From the human T2T-CHM13v2.0 reference genome, Homo sapiens, in the NCBI RefSeq assembly GCF_009914755.1, contig NC_060934.1: a DNA stretch of 64,000 bases; one strand, 5' to 3'. Made by a program: the position numbers and the translations under genes. Positions within the stretch are counted from its first letter, which is position 1; each line of letters begins with the position of its first letter. The notes beneath the pieces are model-generated. The model worked only from the letters and a program-made list of their open reading frames with translations, did no database searches and was not told where the DNA came from. Shown in pieces: positions 13,940 to 28,699 of the stretch.

Positions 13940-15690
13940 GTGCATGTTAGGGTTTTCCAGAGAAACAATCAAGAAGATGTATATAGGAGAGGGTCTTCAA
14001 AAAGTTCATTGAAAATGCATACTATGAATAAACTACTCATGCATTTCAATTGTTTTTGCACCTAAATAAACTTATACTAACTTGTTATAACGTATCTGAA
14101 CAGGACCTAGTTTGGGACACTAATTAGGATAAGATATCTGTTTGAAAATAGCCCCTATCAGAGCAACACGAATTCTGTAAAAATCGAAGCAAGAACAAAC
14201 ATCAAATTTATGGTAAGCCTTGAGTAGGTGAATGGTGAAATCATGGATGCTTTATGACAAGTTTATGGGGACGATGCACCAAAGAAACCAGTAGTTTTCA
14301 AATGGATAACTCATTTTAGGAAGGGACAAGACAATGCTGAAGATACAGCCTGCAGCAGAAGACCATCCATGTCAATTTGTGAGGAAAAAATTTGTCTTGC
14401 TTGTGCCCTAATTGACGAGGACCAATGACTAATAGTACAAAAAATACCCAACACCATAGACATCTCAATTGGTTCAGCTTAAATAATTCTGACTGAAAAA
14501 TTAAAATTGGGCAAACTTTCCATTCAGATGTCGAAACTGTTGCATCCAGACTAGCTATAGACAAGAAGAGAGCTTTCAATGCAAATATTAAACAAGTGGG
14601 ATCAAGACCCTGAAGCATTTCTTCAAATAAATGTAACAGGAGATGAAACATGGCTTTATCAGTGTGATCCTGAAGACAAAGCACAATCAAAGCAATGGCT
14701 ACCAAGGAGTGGACTGTTCAAGACCAAAGGTCATGGCAACAGTTTTCTGGGATGCCCAAGGAATTTTGCTTGTTGACTTTCTGGAGGACCAAAGAATGAT
14801 AACATCTGCTTATTATGAGATTTTTTTTTTTTTTTAGAAAGTTAGCCAAAGCTTCAGCAAAAAAGAAACCAGGGAAACTTCACCAGAGGGTCCTTCTCTA
14901 TCGCAATAATACTCCTGCTCATTTTTCTCATCAAACAATGGCAATTTTGTGAGTTGCAATAGGAAGTCATTCGGCATCCACTGACAGTCCCGATTGGGCT
15001 CCTTCTGACTTATTTTTGGTTCCTAATCTTAAAAAAATCTTTGAAGTGTGCCCATTTTCTTCAGTTAACAATGTAAAAAAATGACTAAATTGACATGGTT
15101 GAATTCCCAGGACCCACAGTTCTTTGGGGACGGACTAAATGGCTGATATAATATCAAACGTGTCCTGAACTTGACTGAGCTTGGTTGGAAAATAAAGTTT
15201 ATATTTTTTATCTTTACCTTTTAATTCCATGTTCCCACAAATGTTTTGAAGTCCCCAAATATATAGGAAGAGATTTTCTAAAGGAATTGGCTCATGTGAT
15301 TATGAAGGCTGACAAGTTTCAAGTTCTCCAGTGTTTGTTGTCAAGCTGGAGACACAGGAGAGATGATGGTGTAGTTTCAGCACTAAAGTTGGCAGACTTG
15401 AGACCCAGAAAGCCTTGACATTTCAGTTCAAGTCTGAAGGCAGGAAAAAGATGACGTCCCAGGTGAAAGGCATTCAGGCAGGAGAAATCCTCTCTTATTC
15501 ATGGAAGGATCAGACTTTTTGTTCTATTCCAGCCCTCAACTGATTGGATGAGGTCTATCCACACTAGGGAGGGTGATCTGATTTACTAAATTCACCAATT
15601 TAAATGTTAATCTCATAAAAGGAAACCCTCAGAGGCACACTCAGATTAATGTTTGACTAACTATCTGGGAACCCTCTACCCCATGATGGA
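13940..15690 (-). mobile_element. MLT2 (ERVL) LTR split by HSMAR2
   Basis: TTAGGGTTTTCCAGAGAAACA at the left; resumes at 15258 with AAGGAATTGGCTCATGTGATTATGAAGGCTGACAAG...CACCAATTTAAATGTTAATCTC. Confidence 0.82.
13986..15257 (+). mobile_element. HSMAR2 mariner transposon, near full length, decayed transposase
   Basis: Terminal repeats GAGGGTCTTCAAAAAGTTC / TTTTGAAGTCCCC in a TA context; transposase peptides VTGDETWLYQCDPEDKAQSKQW and KVMATVFWDAQGILLVDFL in different frames. Confidence 0.92.
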
Positions 15691-16553
15691 AACAACTATC
15701 ATACAAGTCACCAACACTATGCACTGCTAGAACCTAGATTCTGTGATATTTTTGATTGAGGTTTATTGATGTTTAAATGTTTTATTTTATAGTTATGTTT
15801 ATGCCTTTTTATTACTGAATGCTTGATGGTTTCTTGCCTTGGAACAGACACTTATGATTTCTCTTCCTCTCAGTATGACTAATTTATAAGTCATATTGGC
15901 TGGAACATGACAAGCTGGCTGCTTATTGTGAAAATAAATCACAATACTTGTGAGTGATAAAATAACAAATGTTATGTTTTTTTTTTCTATTGACAAATGA
16001 ATCATTGGTTTTTAACTCTTTTGAAGCAATTCATAAATTTTGGGCCTGGTTGGTTCTTAACTACCATTTCAGCATCAAGTGAGATGTAAAACAAAAAATG
16101 AAAAAGAATAATGAGGTATTATTAGTAGTGCCAGTAATAATATTTACCATTTATTTAGCAACTATGGTGTGCCAAGCACTGGAACAGACACTTCACATCA
16201 ATTACTTCTTTAATTCTCACACACCCTGTGGGTTTGAAATCAATATTTTACTTATGGTTTGATCAAAGGGTCTAATACTTTAGGAAAGAAATGGAGCCAG
16301 ACTAGCCTTGTGGACTTGAGTGCTTTGACTCTTGGTACCTTATTCCGTCCTTCTGAAGGAAGAGATAAGGCATCACGACAGGGGGCCCCTTGGGAGATGG
16401 TAGCTCTCTAACAATTTTTCTTCCCAAATGAGAGTTACTAGGAATTAACTTTAACTTTAGTTGACTTTAGTACATTCTCCCTTCTAATCACTATGGTTTC
16501 TCTCTCCTCAGTTCTATATTATAGTGAAAGTCAGCAGGTGTTCTAAAATATAG

Positions 16554-17147
16554 TGTATAATGGAAAATTTGGGGCATAATAAGTTCAAAAGACCAAGAGA
16601 TAACTGCTATCAAAAGGATAGTTTATTACTCACAGTTCCCAAAAGAAAGGGCATGTCACACCATGGGGCACCACATGGGCTGGCACTGGAGTTGGACATG
16701 AGGCAGAGGGAGAGGGGCAAACAGTAGGTAAGAGCTTTTATTGTATTTCTGCAGGAAGGAATGAGTGAGTCAGGGTGAACAGGCTTCAGATTGGCTAGTT
16801 TGAATAATTTCAGCAGGCTCTGAGGCATAGAGACTGTCCCTAGTTGTATAGTATCTGGCTCTGGTGTGTATATAATCGCCTGGAGTGTGAGAGTTCAATA
16901 AGAAAATAAGTCCAATAAGAAAAGTGGTTGGGGATGTGGATTCTAGTTTGATTGGTTTGTTTGAAAAGTGCATCCCTGGGAGGTGAACTCCTTCTGAGGA
17001 AAAAAGGATGATGAGGGAGGCAAAAGAACAAAGCAAAGCAAGTCATATGTATTATTCTGTTGTCTAGAACAAGTTATGTCCAGCATACATGTGTAGGGCA
17101 GATGTTAAAGCATCAAGCTTCCAGGAACTAGAAATGTGGTTAATATA
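16554..17147 (-). mobile_element. ERVL solo LTR (MER54/MER73/MER74 group)
   Basis: GTTTATTACTCACAGTTCCC, GATTGGCTAGTTTGAATAATTTCAGCAGGCTC and GTTAAAGCATCAAG...GGTTAATA; ATAG direct repeat on both flanks. Confidence 0.75.
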
Positions 17148-19209
17148 ATAGCCCAATTTGCTTCAATTAAAGAAAGCGGAGTTCGTGAAGTTGAGTTGAG
17201 TATTTGTCTTCTAGTGCTCAACTTTTATCTGTTTTTGGCAGAAATGCACAGAAGTGTTCTTACAGTGCCCATTCATTTCCTGTTAGTCTATAGACGCCCA
17301 CCTGCCATGAAGGTGCTCTTTGTTTGACCAATTGTTGCAAAGACAACCATCTAATGAACGTTTGTTTGCTGCTCAGCGGTGAGATTTGTTAACATGCGCA
17401 GAAATCCTCTACTGTAAGGTTATGAATGTAAACACCAAAGCAGAAGATTAAAGCTCCAGGAAACCTTGAGATTTCTGAGAAGGGACCATGACTGTGTTGA
17501 TTTGCATGTCCTACTGACAGCTCTCTGGGAATGACATGTGCCACAAACCCGAAGGGTAGATTTTTGTCTTGATTCCCATTCTTTTCCAGATTTAAACAAA
17601 TATTGTTCATTGAAACTAGTCTTTCTGAGTCCCTCCAATGTTTTTTCTGCCTTTTTCACTCTCATTCTCTGTATTTTTTAGGATGTTGCACCAATAGCCA
17701 AAAGTAATAAAAAAGTAAGTGATAGAGACAGATTATTTTCATTGACAGAGGAGAAAAAGGAAGCTGAGGGTAACTGCTTACAAGACATAAAAACCTCCTC
17801 TTAACAACGAATGTGGGAAAGAGACAATTGGAAAATATTTGCAGTTCAAAATGAAGGCCTGATGGGTGTCTAAGAGGCGGGTAGGTTGAGCTGAATAGGG
17901 CAACTTATGAATCTCAGTGTGCCATAAACCTGTAGTGAAAGATAGCTCTATTGCATCTGTCCAGGCCCAAATATTGTAATATGTTTGCTATCAGCAAAGC
18001 TTGAGGAAAAGTTTTGGGTTGTACCTTTCTTTTATTCTGATATTAAGTTCATGGTGAGGGTGCCATTTTTTGGGGTGATTCTGAGAAGTGAGATGGAATT
18101 TTTCCTTGGATTGTTAAGGTTTTGGTGTGTCATTTTGAATAGTGTAGAGAACCCATTTCAGGTGGACTCTGTGGATAGCAGTAGATGATTCATTGAACGT
18201 AAGGACTTGTTCTGTACATCCTTCTAGACTTCCATAAGCATGAAGGATTGAGGAATAATTAACAAGACTTCATTTTTGGAATGGAACTTCACTCTTCCAC
18301 CTTTCTGATATTCAGGGCATTGCAGTGTATTACAGATGCAGCAGTAACAGAAAAGGTATGGATTTGATGATTGTCTAGAAATGTTTCCCAAAGTCCAGGC
18401 TCATCAGGCCTTGAAGAATCTTCCTTCAAACAGACTCTGTGGTTGGCTTTAGATCACTAATGCAATGGGAACTAGGGAGATGCTAGAAAGTAAAGATTAC
18501 AGGTGTAATCTAACACAGAGTTCCTAAACCAGCAGGTTTTAGGGTTGCCACACAGCGCTTCTAGTGGCTTTTTTCACTAACTCTAGCTTTGTTTTTTTTT
18601 TTTTTTTAAATATGATCATGTCATATGTATTCTACAGTCAGAAAATTGTTGAAAATTGCTAATCTAAGGAGGTCTAAAAGGAGAATACCATCTGTTTCTT
18701 GTATTCATACTTTCCCATGCCTCTTTAAGGGTATGACCAGGTTGTAATGACCCTTTCAAGGGCAAAATATATGTGTCATTCAAAAGGAACAATACCAAGA
18801 TTTGATATGTGAACAAGCACATGAATTAAGCACCAGGAATGATCCTCCCTTCAACATCAGTCCCTTTGTTGGCTTCCTTGTTAATGAGGGAGCCTCTAAC
18901 TCACCACATCAAATAAATTGGGTTTATAGTGATCTGTTCTGTTGGTCAGCAGTTGAATAAAGGAAATCACTTTTTCTTAGTTCTAACGTAAAGTGTTCTA
19001 ACATAGGTGGGTGCATTTGGCAGCACTACTCTCTGTATTTAGATAGCTCTAAGACTGAAAACTATGCATTTTTTTCTGGGTCAAGATATCACATAAGAGA
19101 ACACAAATCAAGATTGTTTTGTATTTTTCTTTTGTAAATGGTGCTGAATTGCTATTTACTTTTTCTTGTAAGGTTAATACAACTTTTGGCAGCTTTCCTT
19201 TCCTTACAT

Positions 19210-19570
19210 TTTCTATTTCAACGACTGATGGCCGCTCAAGTCTTAGTCATTAAGTCAGAAATGTGGGAACTACCTTTGATACAGTCCTCTTTTCCTCTTT
19301 TGTCACCTCCCATATTGAATTAGTCATCAAATCTTTTCAGTTTTCTCTTCATGATTTCTGCCTTAGTTCACGCCATTGTGGTCTCCTGCATTATTGAAAC
19401 AACTCCTTTTCAGTTTCTCAGAGTCTAACCCACTCGCTGCTGCCAACTTTCTCCATCCTCCATCCTTCATCCTCCATGTTGATATCATAGTAATCTTCCT
19501 AAAATGCAACTTTGATTGTATTGATTTCTGTTCCCTATAAGATGAAGACCAAGTTCCTTAGCATAGTTGT
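19210..19570 (+). mobile_element. L2 fragment
   Basis: Pyrimidine-rich L2 motifs (GTAATCTTCCTAAAATGCAA, CCAAGTTCCTTAGCATAG). Confidence 0.55.
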
Positions 19571-20239
19571 AAGTAAAGGGTCAACAACTCTTTTCCTTTC
19601 TACATGAGAAACTGATCTTGAATAAGTGCTTCTAGTTCTTTTCCCCTGAAGACTCAATAAAAGTGGAATGTCCAGCTGTGTTACTGGGCCATATTACAAA
19701 TGGCAAAAATTGCTTATTGACACACTGCACCTGCTCAAGGAGCATTGCAAGTGGGAAACCACAGGATTGACTCCTTCAGTGTGGTGATGGTTTCATTGGG
19801 GCATGTCTCTTTGGATCCCTAAAAGCTGTGTCTACAGGACTGTTATAAGATACATTGGTTCCTATTCGGGGTGTGGAGCTACTAAATCGATGTGGCTCCC
19901 ACATCCAGATACCATTCCTTAGTACTCAAGTGCTAGCTGGGGTTGGGGATAAAGAGGATTGGGCTGTGGGTTGCAGTGAGAACTCCTGCTGAGGAAACAT
20001 GCCTGACACTGACTTGCTGGCATGTTGCAGTCCTTTAATTAATTTCATGCCAAGTGCAGCCTATTAGTATTGTGGGCTTGACTACTTAGCTGAACTCAAA
20101 TAGACCTACAAGAAGGGACATTGCACTGGCTTACAAGTTGCTGACCCTGCTTCCCAAATTTATCTTCAGCCACTGTCACCCTTATGTATTCTATACTCAG
20201 CTTTACTTGTGTTCCCTGAATGTGTTGTCTTCTTTTATC

Positions 20240-20320
20240 CTTATTTCTCTCCGCATTTCTTCCTCTTCCTCCCCCTCTTTCTTTTCCTCTCCTTCCTCTT
20301 CTCCTCCTCCCTTTCTACTT
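20240..20320. repeat. CT-rich low-complexity tract
   Basis: Polypyrimidine TCC/TCTT repeats. Confidence 0.75.
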
Positions 20321-20410
20321 TACTGTAGAACATTATAAGCCTGGTGAGTGCCAGTTTTTCAAATTTCAACTAAATAAAACCTGTCTGAGGTGTTTCTTGA
20401 GTGTCTACAG

Positions 20411-21037
<627 letters not shown>

Positions 21038-21044
21038 GTCTAGA

Positions 21045-21231
21045 GCAGCACTTTCCAACAGAGATTTCCATAGTGATGGAAATGTTTAAATTTGCACTCT
21101 TTAATATGGTAACTACTAGCTTATGTGACCATTTTAGTTTAAATTAATAAAAATTAAATAAAATTTAAAATTCAGTTATTTAGTCACACTATCCACATAT
21201 GGCTGGTGGCTGACATATTTGGACAGAGCTG
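21045..21231. mobile_element. MER3/MER33-type hAT MITE
   Basis: CAGCACTTTCCAACAG...GTGATGGAAATGTT...TATGGCTGGTGGCT...TTGGACAGAGC. Confidence 0.75.
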
Positions 21232-22148
21232 GACTAGAAATCTAGCATTGTTGTGTTGGTTCGTTCCATAGCACCCCGAACACAACTGTGTTACTGCATT
21301 TAACACATTATTTAATGAATTCTTATTTCCTTCATTTTTTTCTAATCTAGATAGGGAATTTTGTGGAGACCTTTATTTTTATTTTACTTGACTTTCAATT
21401 GTTAGGTCTATTATAGTACCTGGCAGATGACAGGAGCTCAATAAAAGTTTGTCTAACAGCTCCATCTGATAGTAATGTTTTAGGTATCTATAGTTCTGTT
21501 GAGCTGCTTTTTTTCAAAGGGATTTTGAAGGCTTTAGGAATCTACTTAACAGGACTGGATTTGTCAGAATGATCAACAGAATGTTTATTACTTTCTTAAC
21601 ATGACCCATTCTTAGTGCTAGGCATGATTATATTCAGTACCTTATTTGATTCTCACAATTTTGCAAAATAAGTTGTTTATTGTAGCCATCATTGCATAGT
21701 TAGTGAAGGTCAGACTCACTATTCTTACATTAAGGTTTCACTCTCCCCTTAGGGATTTTAGATGTAAAATTCTAAAAAAGGAACATTCTTTAAACCAAGT
21801 AAAGGATTTCCTAATGCAAAATTTCAATGATCCAGAATAAATGAGAGGGGATGATATTTAGGGTCAGGAAAATAAATTCAGGTTTTCTCAAAATCTTACC
21901 CCATAAGTGATTGTCTTCTGTGTGTTTTATTGGTGGGTTCAAAAGGTATTTAAATAATATTATTTATTTATATAGTGAAGGGAAGTATCTTATTTAACCC
22001 TCACAATTATCTTGTGAGAATCTACATAGATTTACCTTTTTATGTAGATTTAAAAATTCTGACTCCAAAAGATTGAAAAAGTGACTAAATTGGGATATAA
22101 ATACCAAATTATCAAACTCAAAATTTATGATTCTTAATGGAAACTTTC

Positions 22149-22501
22149 TGCTATGGTTTGAGTATGTCCCCCAAATTGTATGTGTTGGAAACTTAATTCC
22201 CAAATTCATATGTTGATGTTACGTGGAGGTGGGGTCTTTGGGAGATAATTAGCGTTAGTTAAGGTCATCAGGCAGGGTTTCCCATGATGAAGCTGATGGC
22301 TTTATAAGAAGATAAAGACCTGAACTGGCACTTTCTTGGCCTCTTGCCATGTTATGATGTAGCAAGAAGGCCCTCACCAGATGCCGCGACCATGTGCTTG
22401 GACTTCCTGGCCTCCAGAACTGTGAGCAAAATCAACCTCTGTTCTTTGTAAATTACCCAGTCTGTGGTATTCCATTATAGCAAAGAAAACAGACTAAGAC
22501 A
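22149..22501 (+). mobile_element. MSTD-like MaLR solo LTR
   Basis: TGCTATGGTTTG start, CAGACTAAGACA end, 5-bp TSD CTTTC/CTTCC. Confidence 0.88.
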
Positions 22502-23239
22502 CTTCCTTAATAAAGATGCTTTAGAATTAGGTGCTCTAAAATGATAACATCTCTCACAACTGAAGTACTGGGACAATTCTGTGCTCAAGGAAATAGTATT
22601 TATATCTACTGTACTGACAATGCTGAACCTCCCAGATAGTTCAAGAGGATTCTGAGTGTTTCTTTTTCTGTTGTTTCCCATCTAACCTAATTAAGGCTAT
22701 ATTTAAATAGTATGAAGAACTTAGTAAACCACACATCTGTTCTTATGCTTGCTGTCTGCCTGTTTATCTTACATCTTCCTTGAAGAGGTTTTTAAACAAT
22801 TTTCAATTTTCAAAGTGTTCTGCAAGTCACATGAAATTTCACTAAAATATTCATCACATAAAGTTTTATGTCCTTTTAACAAATGAGCTAGGTGAAGAGA
22901 AAATATATATTGTGATGGTGATATTTATAGCTGTGGTTTGTCTTGAAGATTTTTAAAAATTATATAAGTAATGCATGAAAATATGCTCACTAGGAAAATT
23001 TTTTTAAATCAATAAAGATTATATAGATTTTAAAGTAAGAATCTACCTTATACTCCCCAATCTATTTTTCTTCCTAGAGGTAAATATTGTAAATATTGGT
23101 ATATATCCCTCTGTACTAGATCTTTTTTCTATATATGAATCAGACATCTTTTTTGTATAATGTAATCATCCTATAATCATTTTTCTGACTTGCCTTCATG
23201 ACTCAATAGTATATTTTTTTTGAAATTGAGTTAGTACAT

Positions 23240-23709
23240 TTCATTAATCTATTACCAGTGTAATGCTGTGTAAGAAAATATCCCAAAGCTTAATGACTTA
23301 AAACAATAGCCCTTTTTTACCTTTCATGTGTCTATAGCTTCAGCTGGTAGTTCTTCAAATATAGGTTGATCTTAGTTGTATTTTTTTTTATGCATCTGTT
23401 AGTAAGTGGGCTAGGAGCTGGCTGGTCTATAATGGTATCAGCTGGAAAGCTTGGCTTTTCACCATTTACCTCTCACGTCTCTTAAGCAGGCTAGCTCAGG
23501 CATGTTATAATTACAGAGGCAGGGATCCAAGAGCTGATGCAGAGGCAATGAGAGTTTTATCAAACCTCTATTTGCATTGAATTTGCCATTACCCTATTGA
23601 CTGAAGCCCATCACAAGGTCAAGTGCAGAATCAGTGTGGGCATATACTAACAAAGAATGTGAATACCAGGAGCTGTGAAAAATTGGGGTAATGAATATAG
23701 CCTACCACA
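23240..23709 (-). mobile_element. MLT1G/H-like MaLR LTR within L1ME remnants
   Basis: GTAATGCTGTGTAAG..CTTAAAACAA at one end and GCCTACCACA at the other. Confidence 0.65.
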
Positions 23710-23780
23710 ATGCAAAAACAGCATGATTTTGATTCTGCATAGTATTTTACTAAAATTCATTAATCTGACCCCAGTGATAG

Positions 23781-24192
<412 letters not shown>

Positions 24193-25825
24193 ATTTAATT
24201 TTTTTTAAATAGAAATGCATTCCAAGAACACCTTTACTTTTGCTTCTCATTGACAGGAAATGAAAGTGTGTGTAGTAAAAGACTACACTTAAATCAAGAA
24301 GAAGGATGCTTCCCTCAAATTAATTGATTTCTGCCATTGGAAGCAACATTTTCTGCCCACAAGTTGAGATGTTGACTTGCTATTGAATCAGCAAAGAGCA
24401 AAGCACATGCTTCTTTCAAGTCTCTCTTGTCCCTCTTAGTGGTGGGAAGTGGGGTCCAATAAAGAGAAGTAGAAACCAAGGACTTGAATAGCACATAATG
24501 CCAGGGGAATACTGCACTTTATTCTATATCTACCATTTCTTTTTAGCAAGTTGTTGATATCATAACTAGTACCTTGTCTTATGGATTAAATATTTCTCAT
24601 ATGTGATTATTTCCTTCTGGAATCTACAGATAGAAATGGAATCAACTAAAAGCCACATTGACACAGATACAGTCATGAACAATTCTACATATCTTGGTCA
24701 TGGTCTAGTTCCAAGTACAAGGATCAGTGCAAGCACATATTAGGTGTTTAATACATTTTTGTTAAATAAATGTCAAAAATGTTACCACCTGCACTAGAAG
24801 TCCTTTGTAATGGAGACCATTTGATGGGAGAATGTGGGCTGAAATTTGAGATCTGAAACATCTCGTGTTTTTAGCTTCTCAAGGACAGTTGTACATAGCA
24901 CTAGGATTCTGTTTTGCTTGACTATTCATTTACTGTTCAAGATGCTGGGAATAGTGATTCTCCAGCATTATGAAGTATCATTCAGTCGTAGTGATAAGAG
25001 TCTTTGAGGTACAGCATAAAGATCAGCACATTAGAAATGGATTTGTAAAGAGCCCAGGGCCTGGTTTGGGGTCATGTAATTGAAGACAATTTTTCTAAAT
25101 ATAATGAAAACAGCCAAGGCCTAAAAGCTAAGAGTTTAAAAGAAACAGATGTATGCAAGGATGAGAAATGCCAAGCCATTATGTGAAGAAAGTAATTTTT
25201 CATTCTCAAATTGCATTTTCTAATAAGTCAAGGTTCAATTTATTTTACTTATAAATGAATAGACACTTTTGTCCTGCCTCCTCTTTGTTTGATTGTAGGA
25301 GTTTAGTTCAGAGAATAAGAAAAAAAAAAAAAAACCCGCAGTGCCATTGGTTTCCCTTAGAGGAGAGATGATTATATAATCACCAAATTAAATTAAGAAT
25401 ATAGAAAACATCTTCTTAAACTTGCTCTCTATAAAAAACAGGCACATTTTCATTGTCAATGACAAGAAAAAATGTAGTCTAAAACAAGATAACGTATTAG
25501 CAATCATTTTTTACCATCCTGGAAAAATAGCTTTAAAGAATGAAGTCTGATGCTTTCATTAACTATAAATATTACCACTAGGAATATATAAATCAATCGG
25601 CTATATTTGTGCTTCCAAGTGGGTAAATACGTTGAATACATAGAAACTCTTTGGTCCTAGAAACTTAGAAGTCGCTAAGAATGGCTTAACCACATTTAGC
25701 TGCTGTTTTAGAAAGAAGAAAACAGAAATGTTGCATAATGTCACCTGTATTTCCCCAAGTGACATGAAGGTACATGAGTTAGCATGGGAGGACAAATGGA
25801 ATCACATTAAAAAATGACAATCTTT

Positions 25826-26125
25826 AGCTGGAAGTGGTAGCTCACACCTGTAGTCCCTGTACTTTGGGAGGCTGAGGTGGAGAATCTCTTGAGGCCAGAA
25901 GTTCAAGGCCAGCCTGGACAATGTAGTGAGACTCTATCTCTACATAAAATAAAATAAAAAATTTTACCTGAATACGATGGCTTGTATTTGTAGTCCCAGC
26001 TACTGGGGAGGCTGAGGCAGGAGGATTGCTTCAGCCCAGGAGTTGGAGATGCAGTGAGCTATGATCCTGCCACTGCACTCCAGCCTAGGTGACAGAGTGA
26101 GATCCTGTCTCTTGAAAAAAAAAAA
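25826..26125 (+). mobile_element. AluJ
   Basis: GGAGGATTGCTTCAGCCCAGGAG and GCAGTGAGCTATGATC are J-type features. Confidence 0.9.
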
Positions 26126-26594
26126 GTAAAATGAAGAAACAAAACCAACCTTTCTCCTCACCACCTCCCTATGCAGAGCATCCAGAGCCCTGCCTCTGTT
26201 ACTTTAGGATGTCTCCAGAAGTGTCTCGAAAGCAAGGCTTTTTCACTCCTCTGCGGTGAGAAAGCTCATTCTGTTCTTCTCTACTACGCCAGTTCTCCCT
26301 CGATGCTGAGTCCCAGGATGCTGCTTGGGGCTGCTTCAGTGCAGTCAGAGGTACCAGTGGCCATCAGGAGAATATGTGGGGGTCTATGCTTCCTCTCTTC
26401 CCGATGATTGCTTTCCAGCATTGGGAGAAATTCTAAGTAAGCTTTTCCTGAAGTCCTCTGCTGACCATCATCGTGTTCTTGTCCCAGGTTGAAGTGTGAA
26501 GACAGTCTCTTTTTCCATTTTGTGACATTTTGCTACCTGGAACCAAAGCAGCACAACTTGTGAGCAGAAGTCTCCCAGGGTTCCAGAGGGGTAG

Positions 26595-27036
<442 letters not shown>

Positions 27037-27257
27037 GGCCTGACGTTCCTTTCTATAGCGCTGAGATAGGCATCTTCAGGGCTAGGCAAGTTGTAACCAG
27101 CAGATGGCAAGCCCTCCGCTATACCACTTTCACTGTCTTTCCCTACCTATACCCACCTCCACCCCTTGCCTCACATAGACACACAACTCCTACAAACTCC
27201 ATCCACCAACAACTCTCCTTCAAGCTGGCTCACGAAATCCACCTTTTTAAAAATATG

Positions 27258-27563
<306 letters not shown>

Positions 27564-27639
27564 TGACTTCTGATGTCCTTTTCTAACAGTTCGTGCATCT
27601 ATGCAGCCGTATATAACTTTCCATGATAGACATAGCTTA

Positions 27640-27806
27640 GGACTTTGCTTGTTAGACTGTAATGTACAAATAAATCACCCAGGGAATCTTGTTGAAATGC
27701 AGAGTATTCATCTGACCTGAGGTGGGACCTAAGATGATTCACGTTAATAAACTGTCAGCTGATGCTGACGTTGCTGGGGGCATGAACCACACTATGAGTA
27801 GCAAGG
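27640..27806. mobile_element. MER5A-like
   Basis: AATCACCCAGGGAATCTTGTTGAAATGCAGA...ACCACACTATGAGTAGCAAGG. Confidence 0.7.
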
Positions 27807-28359
27807 CTGAGAATGCAACTGAGAATTTTGCTCTACCAGTAATTGGCCAGTATGGGGGTGACTCTTGGGTTCTATAGTAATCTGCAGCTGATTCCTTTAT
27901 CTCTAATGTTCACTCTGGATTTCCTCATGGTTACATGGGTAAGTGAGGAAACAGTAAGGCAGAATCAGAAAAATAACACCTGTTCAGTATTTTGCGTTAC
28001 TGTGAACAAGGTCAAATACAAATTGTGCACGTCCAATATTTCTGATGAAAGATACTCAGGTTGCCCTAGATTTAACCAAAAATTTTGGAGGGTAAGTTAT
28101 GGTTGCTGTAAGGAAAGCTTATAGTAAATTAGTCTCCACTTATATGCTTAAGATTTTTATCATTCTTTTCCATTTCGGTGCCAACATTGCCTTACTTTGG
28201 AAGTAAGACTGGATAATTTCTGCATAGTGATAACTTTAGCAGCTTATGGAAAGGTTAGGATGCAATCTATAGTTTATATAATTCTAATTATAATACAATA
28301 ATAACAGTCATGCAGTACAAATTTTACAATTTATTATAAATGTAACATACATTATAGAA

Positions 28360-28545
28360 TGTAACCTTTGTAACAACCCTGTGAAACTAAATAATTTAGG
28401 ATATGTCTAATAAAATTTTGCAAATGAGGAAACTGAGGCTCAGGGAGATTATTGAATTTGCCCAAAGTTTCAAGGCTAGTAATTGGCAAAGGCAAAATTT
28501 AAGGCCAGATTACTTAATCAAAATGAGTACTTTTCCACCTTTTAC
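28360..28545 (-). mobile_element. MIR
   Basis: Core TTTTGCAAATGAGGAAACTGAGGCTCAG..TTGCCCAAAG. Confidence 0.8.
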
Positions 28546-28699
28546 CACAATAACTTAGAGATTCTATTATTTTCTTATTATGTATTCAAACACTCCTTTG
28601 TTGTTTGATGGTTAAATTTTACAGACACACAGCCATGGAAATGAACACATTTCATGAATTTATGATATTATGAATCCACTTCTACATTTTGCTGAACTC

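Noticed and set aside
14579-14837. Mariner transposase ORFs as a domesticated SETMAR-like gene
   Set aside because: They are short fragments in different frames with stops and a poly-T expansion; this is a dead HSMAR2.
17780-18500. Mixed-composition unique sequence examined as a possible second pseudogene
   Set aside because: The frames I translated by hand (mainly minus strand) and the supplied plus-strand ORF gave no recognisable protein and frequent stops.
26171-26407. 78-aa ORF in unique sequence
   Set aside because: No recognisable homology and no convincing exon structure.
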